This document shows positions 43,836-64,000 of a stretch of DNA of 64,000 nucleotides, in pieces. The notes under the pieces are model-generated. The model was not told the origin of the DNA. It saw nothing but the letters and a program-made list of their open reading frames with translations, and ran no database searches. The stretch is from the human T2T-CHM13v2.0 reference genome, Homo sapiens, in the NCBI RefSeq assembly GCF_009914755.1, contig NC_060942.1. One strand, written 5' to 3'. How positions within the stretch are numbered: position 1 is the stretch's first letter; each line of letters starts with the position of its first letter. The translations under genes were made by a program, and so were the position numbers.

Positions 43836-44248
43836 TCAAATTCATGAACAGGGAATGTATTTTCTTTTATTTGTCATATCTCTAATTTCTTTCAGCAGTG
43901 TTTGTAGTTCTCCTTGTAGAGATCTTTTACCACCTTGGTAAGATTAATATTCCTAGATATATTTAATGTGGGTATATAGCTATTGTATATCAGATTGTGT
44001 TCTTGATTTGGCTACCAGCTTAAATATTATTGGTTGTATAGATATGTTACTGATTTTGTACATTGATTTTGTATCTTGGAACTTTACTGAATTCATTTCT
44101 CAGTTTCAGGGCTCTTTTAATAGAGTCTTTAGGTATAGAATGCCATGATCATGAAAGTGAGAAAGTTTGACTTTTTGTTTTCCTATTTGTATACCTTTCA
44201 TTTCTTTATCTTGCCAAATTGTTCTGGCTGGGACTCCCTTAGGCTTGT

Positions 44249-44502
<254 letters not shown>

Positions 44503-44953
44503 TAGGCTTGTATTTTTATCCATACAGCCACTCTATGTAGTTTGACTGGAACGTTTACTCCATTTACATTTAATATTAGTGATAAGAAAGGATTTACCAC
44601 TGTCATTTTGTTATTTGTTTTCTGGATGGTTTTTGATCTTCTCTTTTTCCCTTCCTATCTTTCTTCCTGCCTTTCTTTTTAGGAAAGTAATTTTATTTGG
44701 TTGTACAATTTAATGTCTTGATTTTCATTATTTTGGTGTATCTATTGTAGGTTTTTTTTATTTAGGTTTACCATGAGGCTTGCAAATAACATCTTATAAC
44801 CCATTATTGTAAACTGATAACAACTTAAATCTGATTGCATAAACAAACAAAGAAACAAAAACTCCATAGTATAACTTCGTCCCCCCACTTTTAACTTTTT
44901 GTTGTTTCTATTTATATATTATACAGTCTATGTTTTAAAAAGTTGTCATAGTT

Positions 44954-45110
44954 TTTTTTTATTTTTTAAGTTCTGGGATACATGTGCAGAACGTGCAGGA
45001 TTGTTACATAGGCAAACATGTGCCATGGTGGTTTGCTACACCTATCAACCCATTATCTAGGTTTTAAGCCCCACATGCATTAGGTTTTTGTCCTAATGCC
45101 CTCCCTCCCC
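44954..45110 (-). mobile_element. ~155-bp L1PA (PA8-like) 3'-end insertion
   Basis: T tract followed by an antisense 3'UTR; TSD CATAGTT / TGTAGTT. Confidence 0.85.
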
Positions 45111-45920
45111 TGTAGTTATTTTTTACTGGTTCATCTTTTAGTCTTTCTATTTAAGATAAAAGTAGTTTACACATCACAATTACAGTGTTATGTGTTTTTC
45201 TGGGTACTTAACTATTATCAGTGAGTTTTAAATCTTTAGATAGTTTCTTATTGTGCATTGACATCCTTTTTCTTTCCAATTGAAGAACTCCTTTTAGCAT
45301 TTCTTGTAGTACAGGTCTGGTGCTGATGAAATTTCTCATCTTTTGTTTGCCTGGGAAGTATTTATTTCTCCTTCATGTTTGTTTGAAGAATATTTTCACT
45401 GGATATACTATCCTAGCATAAAAGGTTTTTTCTTTAGTACTTTAAAGATATCATACCACTGCCTATTGGTTTGTATGGTTTTCAGTGAGAAATCTGCTGC
45501 CAGACATATTAGAGCTTTTTCATGTGTTATTTGTTCCTTTTCTCTTGTCCTTTGGAAGTTTGGTTAAATGTTTTGAGGTCATATTATCTGGGTTAAAATT
45601 GCTTGTTGTTCCGTAACCTATTTGTACTTGAATATTATTATCTTTCTCTAGGTTTGGGAAGTTCTCTGTTATTATCCCTTCAAATAAACATTCTAACCTG
45701 ATCTTTTTAAATCTTCTTTAAAGCCAATAACTTACTTAGATTTTCTCTTTTTAGGCTATTTTCTATACCTTGTAGGTGTGCTTCATTCTTTTTTATTTTT
45801 TTCTTTCATCTTGCCTGAGTATTTTCAAGTAACCTATCTTTAAAGTCATTAATTCATTATTCTGCTTGATAAATTTCACTGTTAAAGACTATGATGTATT
45901 TTCAATTTTTCAATTAAATT

Positions 45921-48900
45921 TTTTTTCTGCGTCTATTGAGATAATCATGTGTTTTTTGCCTTTATTTCTGTTGTGTGATGAATCACATTTATTGATTTGC
46001 ATATGTTGAACCAATCTTGGTTCCCAGGGATGAAGCCAACTTGATTGTGGTGGATAAGCTTTTTGATGTGCTGTTGGATTTCATTTGTCAGTATTTTATT
46101 TTATTGAGGGCATTTGCATTGCTCTTCACCAAGTATATTGGGCTGAAGGTTCTTTGTTGTATCTCTGCCAGGTTTTGGTAGCAAACGATGCTGGCCTCAT
46201 AGGGAGAAGCCCAACCTAATCCATTTTTGGAATAGTTTCAGTAGAAATGGTGCCAGCTCCTCTTTGTAACTCTGGTAGAATTCAGCTGTAAATCCATTTA
46301 ATCCTGGGCTTTTCTGGTTGTTAGGCTATTTATTACTGCTTCAATTTCAGAACTCATTATTGGTCTACTTAGGAATTTCAATTTCTTCCTAGTTCAGTCT
46401 TGGGAGGGTGTATTTGTCCAGGAATTTATTCATTTCTTCTAGATTTTCTAGTTTATATGTATAGAGGTGTTTATAGTATTCTCAGATTGTTGTTTGTATT
46501 TCTGTGGGGTCAGTGGTGGTATCCCCATTATCATTTCTTATTGTATTTATGATTCTTCTTTCTTTTCTTTTTTAGTCTAGCTAGAGGTCTGTTTTATTAA
46601 CTTTAAAAAAACAGCTGAATTTGTTGATTTCTTGAAGGGTTTGTTTCTCTATCTCCTTCAGTTTCTCTATCTCCTTCAGTTTTGTTCTGATCTTGGTTAC
46701 TGCTTGACTTCTGCTAGCTTTGAGATTTGTTTGTTTGCTGTTGGTTCTCTAGTTCTTTTAGTTGAGTTCTTCAGGTTGTTAACTTGAGATCATTCTAGCT
46801 TTTTTATGTAGGCATTTAGTGTATAAATTCCCCTCTTTTCTGTTGAATTTGGGTGAATATTTTTGTAGATATCGATCAGGTCCAATTGATCCAGAGCTGA
46901 GATTAGGTCCTGAATATCTTTGATAATTCTTTGTCTCAATGATCTGTCTAAAATTGTCAGTGGAGTGTTAAAGTCTCCCATTATTATTGTGTGGGAGTCT
47001 AAGTAAGTCTCTTCGTAGATCTCTGACAATTTGCTTTATGAATCTGGGTGCTCTTGTACTGGGTGCATATCTACTTAGGATAATTAGCACTTCTTGTTGA
47101 ATTGATCCCTTTACAATTATGTAATACTGTTCTTTGTCTTTTTTTATCTGTGTTGGTTAAAAGTCTGTTTTGCCAGAAACTAGGATTGCAACCCCTGCTT
47201 CTTTCCGTTTTCCATTTGCTTGGTAAATTCTCCTCCATCCCTTTATTTTAAACCTATGTGTGTCTTTGAATATGAGACGGGTCTCTTGAAAACAGCATAC
47301 CAATGGGTCTTAGCTCTTTATACAGCTTGCCATTCTGTGCCTTTTAATTGAGGCATTTAGCCTATTATTTTAAGTTAATAGTTATGTGTGAATTGAATCC
47401 TGTCATGATACTAGCTGGCTACTTTGCAGACTTGCTCATGTAATTGCTTCATAATGCCACTGGTCTGTATACTTCAGTGTGTTTTTGTAGTGGCTAGTAA
47501 CAGCTTTTGATTTCCATATTTAGTGCTTCCTTCAGGGGCTCTTGCAAGACAGGCCTAGTGGTGATGAATTCCCTCAGCATTTGATTGTCTGAAAAGGATC
47601 TTATTTCTCTGCTTATAAAGATCAGTTTGGCTGTATGTGATATTCTGGGTTGAAAATTATTTTCTTTAAGAATGTTGAATATTGGTCCTCAATGTCTTCT
47701 GGCTTGTAGGAATTCCACTGAAAGGTCTGCTGTTAGTCTGATGGGTTTCCTTTTGCAGATGACCTGGCCTTTCTCTCTGGCTACCCTTAACATTTTTTCT
47801 TTCATTTCAATCTTAAAGAATCTGATGATTTTGTGTCTTGGGGTTGATCTTCTTGTGGAGTATCTTATTGGAGTTTTCTGCATTCCCTGAAGTATGTTTT
47901 CCAACTTAGTTTTGTTCTCCCTGTCTCTTTCAGGTATCCAAATCAGTCATAGATTTGGTCTTTTTACATAGTCCCATATTTCCTGGATGTTTTGTTTGTT
48001 TGTTTTCATTCATTTGTCTCTATTTTTGTCTTGAAAAGATACTTTTCAAGCTCGAAGATTCTCTTCTCTGCTTGGTCTATTTTGCTATTGATGTGTGTGA
48101 CTGTATTGTGAGGTTCCCATGTTGCGTTTTTCAGCTCCATCAGATTGGTTATGTCCCTCTCTAAGCTCGCTATTCTGGCCATCAGCTCCTATATTGTTTG
48201 TTTTATCAGAATTCTTAGCTTCTTTCCATTGAGTTACAACATGCTCCTTTAGGTCAGCAAAGCTCATTATTATACCCACCTTACGAAACCTACTTCTGTC
48301 AATTCAGCCATCTCAGCCTCAGCCCAGTTTTGTGCCCTTGCTGAAGAGGTGTCACAGTAATGTGGAGGAGTAGAGGCACTCTGGCTTTTTGAGTTTTCAG
48401 CATTTTTGCATTGATTCTTACTCATCTTTGTGGGCTTACCTACCTTCGATCTTGGAGGTTTCTCACCTTTGAATGAGATTTTAGTTGGGTCTTTCTTGTT
48501 GATGTTGTTGTTGTTTTCAACCATCAGGCTACTCTATCATAGGGCTGCTGCAGTTTTCTGGATGTATCACAAATGAAGGCCGTGAAACAGCAAAGATTGC
48601 AGCCAGCTTCTTCCCCTCTGTTCAGAGGTCTCACACAGTCAGGAATAACAGCATCAGGGACCTGCCTAAAGAAGCAGTCTGGCAGGTTTGGGTAGAACAG
48701 GTGTGCTACTTTGGGGGTGGACCCTTCCTTGTCCAGACTGCCTGTATTCTCCATATCCAGCAGGCTGGAGCATCTGAGTAGACTGAACCACACAGATGGT
48801 GGCTGCCTCTCCCTGCCAGGAACTTGAACCCATCTCAGCTGGACTCCAACCCACTGCCATTGGCAGTGGGACTCAACTTGTGAGGTGCTGTGGAAGTGGG

Positions 48901-49255
48901 GCCAACAAAACCATGTGGCCCCCTTCTTAAGGACATTTACAGGTGAATTTCCCATCTTGCCCGGCATCCTATGGGTGAAGTATGCAAAACTCCCAGTTCT
49001 GTGTGTGTGCCTGAGCAGCTGCTCTGCCAATACTCCACACAGGTCTGTGTATCAGATTCAAGACTCTGGTGGCATAAGCTCATGAGTGGATATCCTGATC
49101 TGTGGGCTACAAAGATCCAAGGGAGAAGCATGGTTTCCCAGGTAGGGTTGTGCAATCACTCACCACTTCCCTTGGTTGGGGGTGGGGGGCTGTGCACTGT
49201 TCCCAGGTGGGCTGACCACAGCTGCCTCTAGTCAGCCATCTTGGATTGATCCCCC
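45921..49255 (-). mobile_element. 3'-truncated L1PA (about PA10-13): 5'UTR, ORF1 and the 5' half of ORF2
   Basis: 5' end CTAGTCAGCCATCTTGG; ORF1 remnants at 47689-48524; EN remnant at 46790-47029; stops in the RT region. Confidence 0.8.
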
Positions 49256-49261
49256 ACGAAT

Positions 49262-49741
49262 GTGCCTTGACAATGTTTTTCTAAAATGTACATAGAAACA
49301 CAAAAGATCTAGAACAACCAAACTATTTCAAGGGGATCCTTCAAAATAAGAAATAGACAACCTACTTTACAAATAAACAAAACGTTTGAATAGACACTTT
49401 ACCAAAGATATATGAATGACAAAGAGGTGTATCAAAGGATGCTTAATATTATTCATAACGAAGGGCATGCAAAAAAATAAAAAGAGCTATCACTAACACT
49501 TATTAGAATGGCTAAAAATAAAACCAAAAAGCTAATTATACTAAATGGTGACCTATAAAATTGTGGGGATAAGTCTTTCAGAAGAGGGAGCAACATGGGG
49601 AAAGAGCTCCAGGAATCTGCATGATCCAGCATTGCAAACCTTATAGTCACATCTGGCATTCAAATAAAAATTGGTAGACAAATGAAATAGCAGGACACAT
49701 CTCCATAACCAGGAGAAAAATATGTCAATAGAAACATAGAA
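49262..49741 (+). mobile_element. Ancient L1M fragments (continue at ~56600-56660)
   Basis: Degenerate L1M motifs (GAATAGACACTTTACCAAAGA; CATAACCAGGAGAAAAA..GTCAATAGAAAC). Confidence 0.55.
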
Positions 49742-56587
<6,846 letters not shown>

Positions 56588-56946
56588 AGAAACATAGAAA
56601 TGACATGTATAATAAAATTAAAAAGCCTTGCTATTAAAATGGCCATAATATGTTCAAAGTCCTATCCTCTATTCCTGTTGAAGATTGTACAGATCCATGA
56701 ACAGACCTGGCAAGAGGCTTATCCTAGGATGGTCATGAGTCCTTGTTTATGCTCTCCAGCTTCCCTAGGAACCACTCTCCCTAAAGTCCTTTCAGCAGCA
56801 GTTCGTTGACAATCTACTTAATTCCCTGGTTATCCAAATCCAACTCTACACCAACTGCTGCCGTGTAGTCCTGAACTTAGTTTTGTTCTCAGTCACTTTT
56901 GTCTCCTTTCCCACAAATAACTTCTGGTTGCCTCTTCCTCCTCCTA

Positions 56947-57979
56947 GGTATTAGTCCATGTTCACACTGCTATGAAGAACTACTTGAGACTGGGTAATTT
57001 ATGAATAAAAAAGGTTTAATTTTTGACACACAATTCTGCAGGCTTAAAAGGAAGCATGACTGGGAGGCCTCAGGAAACTTCCAATTATGGCAGAAGGTGA
57101 AGGGGAAGCAAGGACTTTCTTCACATGGTGGCAGGAGAGAGAGAAAATGTGAGGGGGGGAGTACTACACCCATTTAAACCATCAAATCTCTTGAAAACTC
57201 ACTCACTCTTACAAGAACAGCAAGAGGAAAATCTGCCCCCATGATCCAATCACCTCCCACCAGGTCCCTCCCCCAACACTGAGAATTACAATGTAACATG
57301 AGATTCAGGTGGGGACACAGAGCCAAAACATATCATTCCAACCCTGGCCCCTCCCAAATTACCAAGAGTGACCTTTACTCCATTTCCCAATAAGTTCCTC
57401 ATCTCCATCTGAGACCACCCCAGCCTGGACTTCATTGTCCATATCACTATCAACATTTTGGTCACAACTATTTAACAAGTTTCTAGGAAGTTCCAAACCT
57501 TCCCTCATCTCTTCTTGTGAGCCCTCCAAAGTGTTTCAACCTCTGCTCATTACTCAGTTCCAAAGTTGCTTCCACATTTCAGGCATCTTCATACCAATTT
57601 TCTATACTAGTTTGTTTTCACACTGCTATAAATAACTACCTGAGACTGAGTAATTTATAAATAAAAGAGTTTTAATTGACTCACAGTTTGCAGGCTTAAT
57701 TGGAAGCATGCCTAGGAGGCCTCAGGAAATTTACAGTCATGGCAGAAGGTGAACGGAAAGGAAAAACCTTCTTCACATGGTGGCAGGAGAGAATATGAGA
57801 GGGAACATGCCATACCCTTTTAAACCATTGAATCTCATGAGAACTCACTATCACAAGAATCACATGGGGGAAAATCCACCCCCATGATCCAATCACCTCC
57901 CACCAGGTCCCTCCCCCAACACTGGGAATTACAATTCAACATGGGATTTGGGTGGGAGACACAAAGCCAAACCATATCG
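56947..57979 (-). mobile_element. Two-LTR MST (MaLR) element: LTR 56947-57335, shortened internal 57336-57602, LTR 57603-57979
   Basis: Two direct ~380-bp repeats sharing CCCCCATGATCCAATCACCTCCCACCAGGTCCCTCCCCCAACACTG, separated by MaLR-internal terminal sequences. Confidence 0.9.
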
Positions 57980-59414
57980 CTCTATGAACAAGATCCTATG
58001 AGGCTCAGAGTCTAGCCTTGATTATAATTTGGTATTTTGGTTTCACTGCTGATACAAGGAAATGTTTATTTTGTTTTTAATTTCATTTTTTTTAAATTTT
58101 TATCTTTCTTTCCGTATTATCTACATTTTTTGTCCTTACAAAAGGTGTCATATCATCATCACAGCTTAAGCATGGGAAAATGTTTTTAAAGCCATTCAGT
58201 TGCATAATGCCTATGAACTACGACTCAAGCCATTTCTACGAAATGAAATAATCTGTGCCTCCATATTCACCTATTAATACCTTATTATTTTTTAAACCAG
58301 ATTAATCTTCTTCTTCTTCAAAAAAAAAGCATGGGATTTCTTATGCCAGAAATTGTCTTCACTTCCTATGAAATCGCCTACTTTTTTATGTCACATATGG
58401 AACTCATTACATCATCATTTGTATTTTGTTGTTTATATAACTTACATTGTATTTTTGGTAATACTGTATTTTTATTACCTAGCGCCGTTTACTGCAAGTC
58501 GTGCTGTGGATCCTAAAGAACTATGGCTGGAATCTCAGCTCATCATGTTTCTTGGTAGTATGAAGAGAACACTTTTTCCATCATGAAAGCTAGTCCAGAA
58601 GTTCTGGAGCACTAGAGTAAGAAGAGTCACACATCAAGAAAAAGAAAATTTACTCTTTCAGTCTGCTATTTTGTGGAGAGAAAAAAGAAAGAAGTCAATT
58701 AGATGTGAGTCCTAATCTCCTCACCAAAGTGATTCAGAGCCTAGGCAGAAAAGGGCATTGCTAGATAGCAGAAATGTCAAGGGAGTTCTTGACTGGCTCC
58801 CCATCTAGAACTCTGGGAGGAAACCTCCACAGCAGGCAGCTATACCCTAAAATGAAGCAGCCCCAGAATAGTTCAAGATGATGAAACAGCACGGCCTGGC
58901 ATAAAAGGGGAGGTAAGTTTGTGTTTACAAGGTTAATGCATCTTCCCATGTGGCACTGATGTTGAACTGAGAGACAATGGGCTTGCATTAAGTCTGCCCA
59001 GGGAAACAGAGGGCAATGCTATCTGGAAACAAATATAAAAATTAAGCCACTGATTCACCAGTATCTGCAAGGCCAACAAGAATTGAGGGGATATGTTTTA
59101 GCAAAGAATGCTGAGTTTGGCAACTACATCTCTCAGTAGCACATACTAGCAGACCACCCAGAGATGTAAGGACACAAACTACACCTCAAAAGATAATCTA
59201 TTATCATCAGAGGAACAAAGGGCCCTCTTCCTCCCGATGCAAGGAAGCTATTCATAGCATTTTCCAAAATACCTCAATACACTTCATTTTTTTGTACTTC
59301 CACCTAAAAATACATGTGTGTGCACACTCAGGCACATGCATACATTTACAAAGAGGAAACTTGGAGAAAAAGATAATGTGTTGGGGAAAGTTTCGAATGC
59401 TTCTTCATGTTTTA

Positions 59415-59525
59415 TTTAAACTACTAGATTATAAACACCTTGTAGATAGAGAATTTATTTAGTTCAGTATTGCACGTAACATTTAGGATAATTAAAGGTT
59501 CTCAATAAATATTTTCCAAATGATC
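59415..59525 (+). mobile_element. L2 3'-end fragment
   Basis: CTAGATTATAAACACCTTG..TTCTCAATAAATATTT. Confidence 0.55.
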
Positions 59526-59845
59526 ATCAGAAATTGTCAACAATCATCAGTCTTCAACTGTGAATTGCATATTAACATCACACTCTAATCAGTGATAGAA
59601 TAAGAAGAAAATACATTAACTAGTGGACAATTCCTATAGATTACAACAGCTATGTTCCATTTTCATGAATTATCATATCATTTTGTCCTCACAATCCAAT
59701 GAAAAAAACATCATCCCTATTTTTTGAAGAACCAACTGATTTCTTACTTGAAGTATATGAGATCAAAATAGTTTGACAAAGTAATCCATCAGTTCATATA
59801 ACTGATATCATGGAGAGCAAATAGCTAGTAGAAATAATATGTGCT

Positions 59846-60189
<344 letters not shown>

Positions 60190-60247
60190 TCATTGTATGT
60201 AACATAAGTCCTCATAGGATGATTTTGAGGATTATATAAGATGTTTA

Positions 60248-60514
<267 letters not shown>

Positions 60515-63093
60515 TTATGTGCAGAATTTACCACATCGACTGGTACACTGGAAGCAACCAAAATTGCTACCCTATGCTTCTTAACAATTCTTCATTTTCT
60601 ACTTCATTCTGATCATTCATACTTAAGCCAAATACATCCTAGGCTCTCATCCCTTGCTACACACATTTTACCACTTCAATGTCTGGATCCTGGGAGCATC
60701 AAGGCCTGGAATATAGTCACAAGCCTCCTAATTGGCACTTCCTGGCTCCATGGATGCACAGGATATCAGGGAAATTGGTGAGGATGGAAGCCAACGCTGA
60801 ATGAAATGATGAAAGATCTAGGGAAGAAAAGCTAATTTGCAGCTAATTTCTAAAATATTGGCTAGAGATTTGTTCAGCTTCACAGGGACACTAGAGGGAT
60901 TCAGACATCACCAAGTCATTCTATAGGGAAGATTAAAGATTCCTGGAAGCATCTTCATGTTTTTCCCCCTATATTGCTGGAAGAATGGAAACTAACTGAA
61001 AGACCCAATAGGTATTTATTTGTCTTGCTGAAGTTTATTTCAGAAATGGTAATAACATAGAATCATAGCCAAACAAAAAAATTAAAAACCAAAGGTGTCA
61101 GAGGGACCATCTCTTCTAGATACCTGTCTAGCATGAGCATAATGCCTGGCAGGTCCAAAATGTACTGGCCACATGTCAATATTGTTATCCAGATCCAGGG
61201 AATCCTGGAAACAGGTAACATCAAGGACAGGCATGGAAGGAAAATAAATAAAATAGGATAGTATGTCACTTAAGTATGAGCAGGAGAGTAGGAGGAGGCA
61301 CCATCTTCCATAGCACCTCATGGTATGCTCAGTCACAGAGATTTTTCACTCTATCTTTCTCCCTCCTATCATTTGTTCCCCTATCTGCACACTTGCCTAC
61401 TTAGCTTCAGGACCCAAAACATACTAGATGACTACTGAAGATCAGAATTGAATGTAGAGTGGAAAATACATTTAGCTTTGCCTTTTTGGGGTCAAGCCTC
61501 TTTCATGCTCCAGAGGAAAAAAAAGTCTACACCTTTTGTGCCCACATATTTCCTACCTGAAATGTTCAATCCATTTTAGGCATTTTCCTATAAAAACACT
61601 GCTATCAAAGCTAACGCAATCTGCACATCTTTACTGAGAAAAAACTCTCCACAGAGCCCTGGAAAGAGCTCAAACGTGTTTCTAGGCTATGGGTAAAGAG
61701 CCAGCAGAGCATTGGAGAGACAGTGTTGATGACATTGTTTTTCATTTCACAGAGGACGACTCATGTTTCTCTCCTTAAATATACACTGCAAGCCACGAGA
61801 GATGGCAGCTGTCTAATTAAACCTGATAAAGCCTCCTTAAAAATGAGACTTGGGGAAACACATCATTTTGATTGTACTGCTGCCCAATTTTCCCTGGAAC
61901 CCAGGGGGAGCTGTGTACTGTGCGGGAGGGACAGAGCATGGGACCTCAGAGAAAGAAGGCAAAATTACTGGCACCATCAAATTGTTGGTGTAAAATAACA
62001 GAATATACATGATACATATTTAATGCAAACTAGATAACTTTATAAAACATGCAGAAGGATAACCTCATCTACCATTTAAAAAGCCACTGATGAAGGCTTT
62101 GATAATATACCAAATCCCTTCTGAAATTATAAAGATTTAATGGGAACACTTTATTTTCTCCAGCAGGCTTCTGCTGGCAAGAGAACCTGGGAAACAGAAA
62201 CAGGGATGTGATCATTGTGTCTAAGGCTTTGGGGCAGCCCAAGCTACCACCTTCCTTTTCTCTCTTCAAAAACTTAGAGAGGTAATGTTGTCCTGGGTTT
62301 TAAATAAAGGACCACACCAACATACATACATGTACACAGTTTTCAATTCAAGTACTTAAAAGTATAAGAACTTGACCTCATAAAAGCTCTCTTCCTGGTT
62401 TCCTAATTTTGTCAGTTTTTAAATTTTTTTTGTTTGTTTCAAATACTCTCCATCAACTCTGTGAGAGGCCATGGCCCTACCTACTGCTAACCCAGTGATG
62501 TTGACAGAAATAAAACATGAAATCTCATAGCTGTGGTCTACTAATGAATTCCTACTTGGTAAGAGTGAGACTCTTGCCCCCTGATATGGCCTTGCCAGAA
62601 TTAAAAAAAAAAAAATGCAGAGAACCTGAAGCACTGAGCTTCTCCAATCTGGGAGAATTCCCCCTCCTGCAGGATGCTGAAACCACTGAATGTCAGTTCA
62701 GGCAATGTCTCTGAGAAACACGGGAGGTATGAGAGAGCCTTAAATACTGATGTATAATATTATCTATGTGTTCCTTCCCGAACTTCGTAATTGCTGGCTC
62801 AGTAGTAACCTACATGGCAGTAAACCTAAACCTAATTAGAATCATCATTTATGACTTGAGCCTGGGTTCATTTATGAATTTAGTCTGGATTAACTTCTTT
62901 GGTGTTACCCAGCTCATTCCTTTAAGTGTCTCAACTGCTGGCTCCAATTTTGTCTCCTGGAAGATTTAATTTATCCTTCTCATAATTATTGGTTGCTGTC
63001 TCTCTGAAATTATAATACCCATGGTCTATATTAGTTGGTGTTAATACTCACTTTTATTTCTTTCTCCATGCCTACATAGCTAGGTATTTCTTT

Positions 63094-63224
63094 CTTTTTA
63101 ACACTTTTAGAGATGGGGTCTTACTATGTTGTCCAGGCTGGTCTTGAACTCCTGGCTTCAAGCAATCTTCCTGCCTCAGCCTCCCTAGTCACTGAGACTA
63201 CAGTCATTAGCCACAGTTCCTGGC
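63094..63224 (-). mobile_element. FLAM Alu monomer
   Basis: Single antisense arm; degenerate TSD CTAGG(T/C)ATTTCTTT on both sides. Confidence 0.88.
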
Positions 63225-63512
63225 ACAACTAGGCATTTCTTTAAGGCAAGGGTTATTTTCTACCTACTTTTATCATTCATAGAATGGTTGTTATTCTGTA
63301 ATTATTATTCCATAAAAAAAGTTCAGGAAAAATGTTCTGGAAGCTACATTCCAAAGTTAAAAATGGACACCATGCCAGTTTCTATCTTGTTCTGTACAAA
63401 AATAATTTTTAAAAAGTCTTAAGGAAGAAGTTGGTTAGAGTGAGGGGAAATACTGACTTCTAGATATGGGCCTAACATTGTACTAAAGAGCAGCAGTGCA
63501 AAGAGCCCAGGT

Positions 63513-63798
63513 CAGCCTTTTTCAAACTGTGTTCCTTAGAAGTCTAATTCCATGAAATTATAATTGGTAATAGACACAAAAAAGATTCTGAGATCAAATT
63601 TGTTCAGAAAAAGAGAGGTTAAACAAAGTTTAACTGGTTATTTTATTGCAGAGCTTGGCAGAACATTTAATAGCTAAAATGCACGATGATATTCCAAGAG
63701 GGGGAAATTGTAGGCAAAGCTCCCAAAAGTATTTCACCATAGAATAATCTCTCAGGAAGCTTCACACTAGGCTAGAAGTACAGTTTTGAATATGTGAC
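63513..63798. mobile_element. Ancient hAT-Charlie-type MITE, subfamily not assigned
   Basis: TTCAAACTGTGTTCC..TACAGTTTTGAA decayed inverted ends; internal GGTTAAACAAAGTT..TCCAAGAGGGGG recalled from this class. Confidence 0.55.
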
Positions 63799-64000
63799 TC
63801 TAAATTCTGATTTGCTCTTAGAAAAATGTCTGATGTCAGGTTCCCTTAGCATTCATGGAGTTCCATTTGCTACCTACTCAAAGTTCCTTAAAGTCATTGA
63901 CGCTTTGGCTTTTTAAAGTTTTTATAACTTTTGGAATTCATCTGAAATTGGATTGGTTGTGGACATAATATACTTCCTTAGAAGTAATATAAGCAAGTAA

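Noticed and set aside
46643-46678. 18-bp tandem duplication in L1 ORF2
   Set aside because: Real, but a commonplace slippage event.

Overview
Primate (human-like) genomic DNA. The evidence is AluY/AluS, L1PA, MaLR, MLT2A, Tigger3 and MADE1 elements. About 3.9-56.6 kb is an almost unbroken, deeply nested stack of dead LINE-1 copies, mostly on the minus strand. It includes three near-full-length L1PA7/8-type elements and one old L1MA stretched over ~26 kb by later insertions. I recognise no intact protein-coding gene, and nearly all long ORFs in the track are broken L1 ORF1/ORF2 pieces, their antisense frames, Alu frames or a translated minisatellite. I do not see a new biological system. The most notable observations are: (1) a 40-nt poly(A)-tailed, TSD-flanked mRNA 3'-end micro-retrocopy that from memory matches the PTEN 3' end; (2) a 2.6-kb almost pure A/T compound minisatellite grown from a short TATATA inside L1 ORF2, with inverted copies of both its flanks nearby; (3) a full-length L1 carrying a ~205-bp 3' transduction; (4) further twin-priming, transduction and templated-insertion scars. 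Repeat subfamily names come from recalled consensus sequences and need RepeatMasker/Dfam confirmation.
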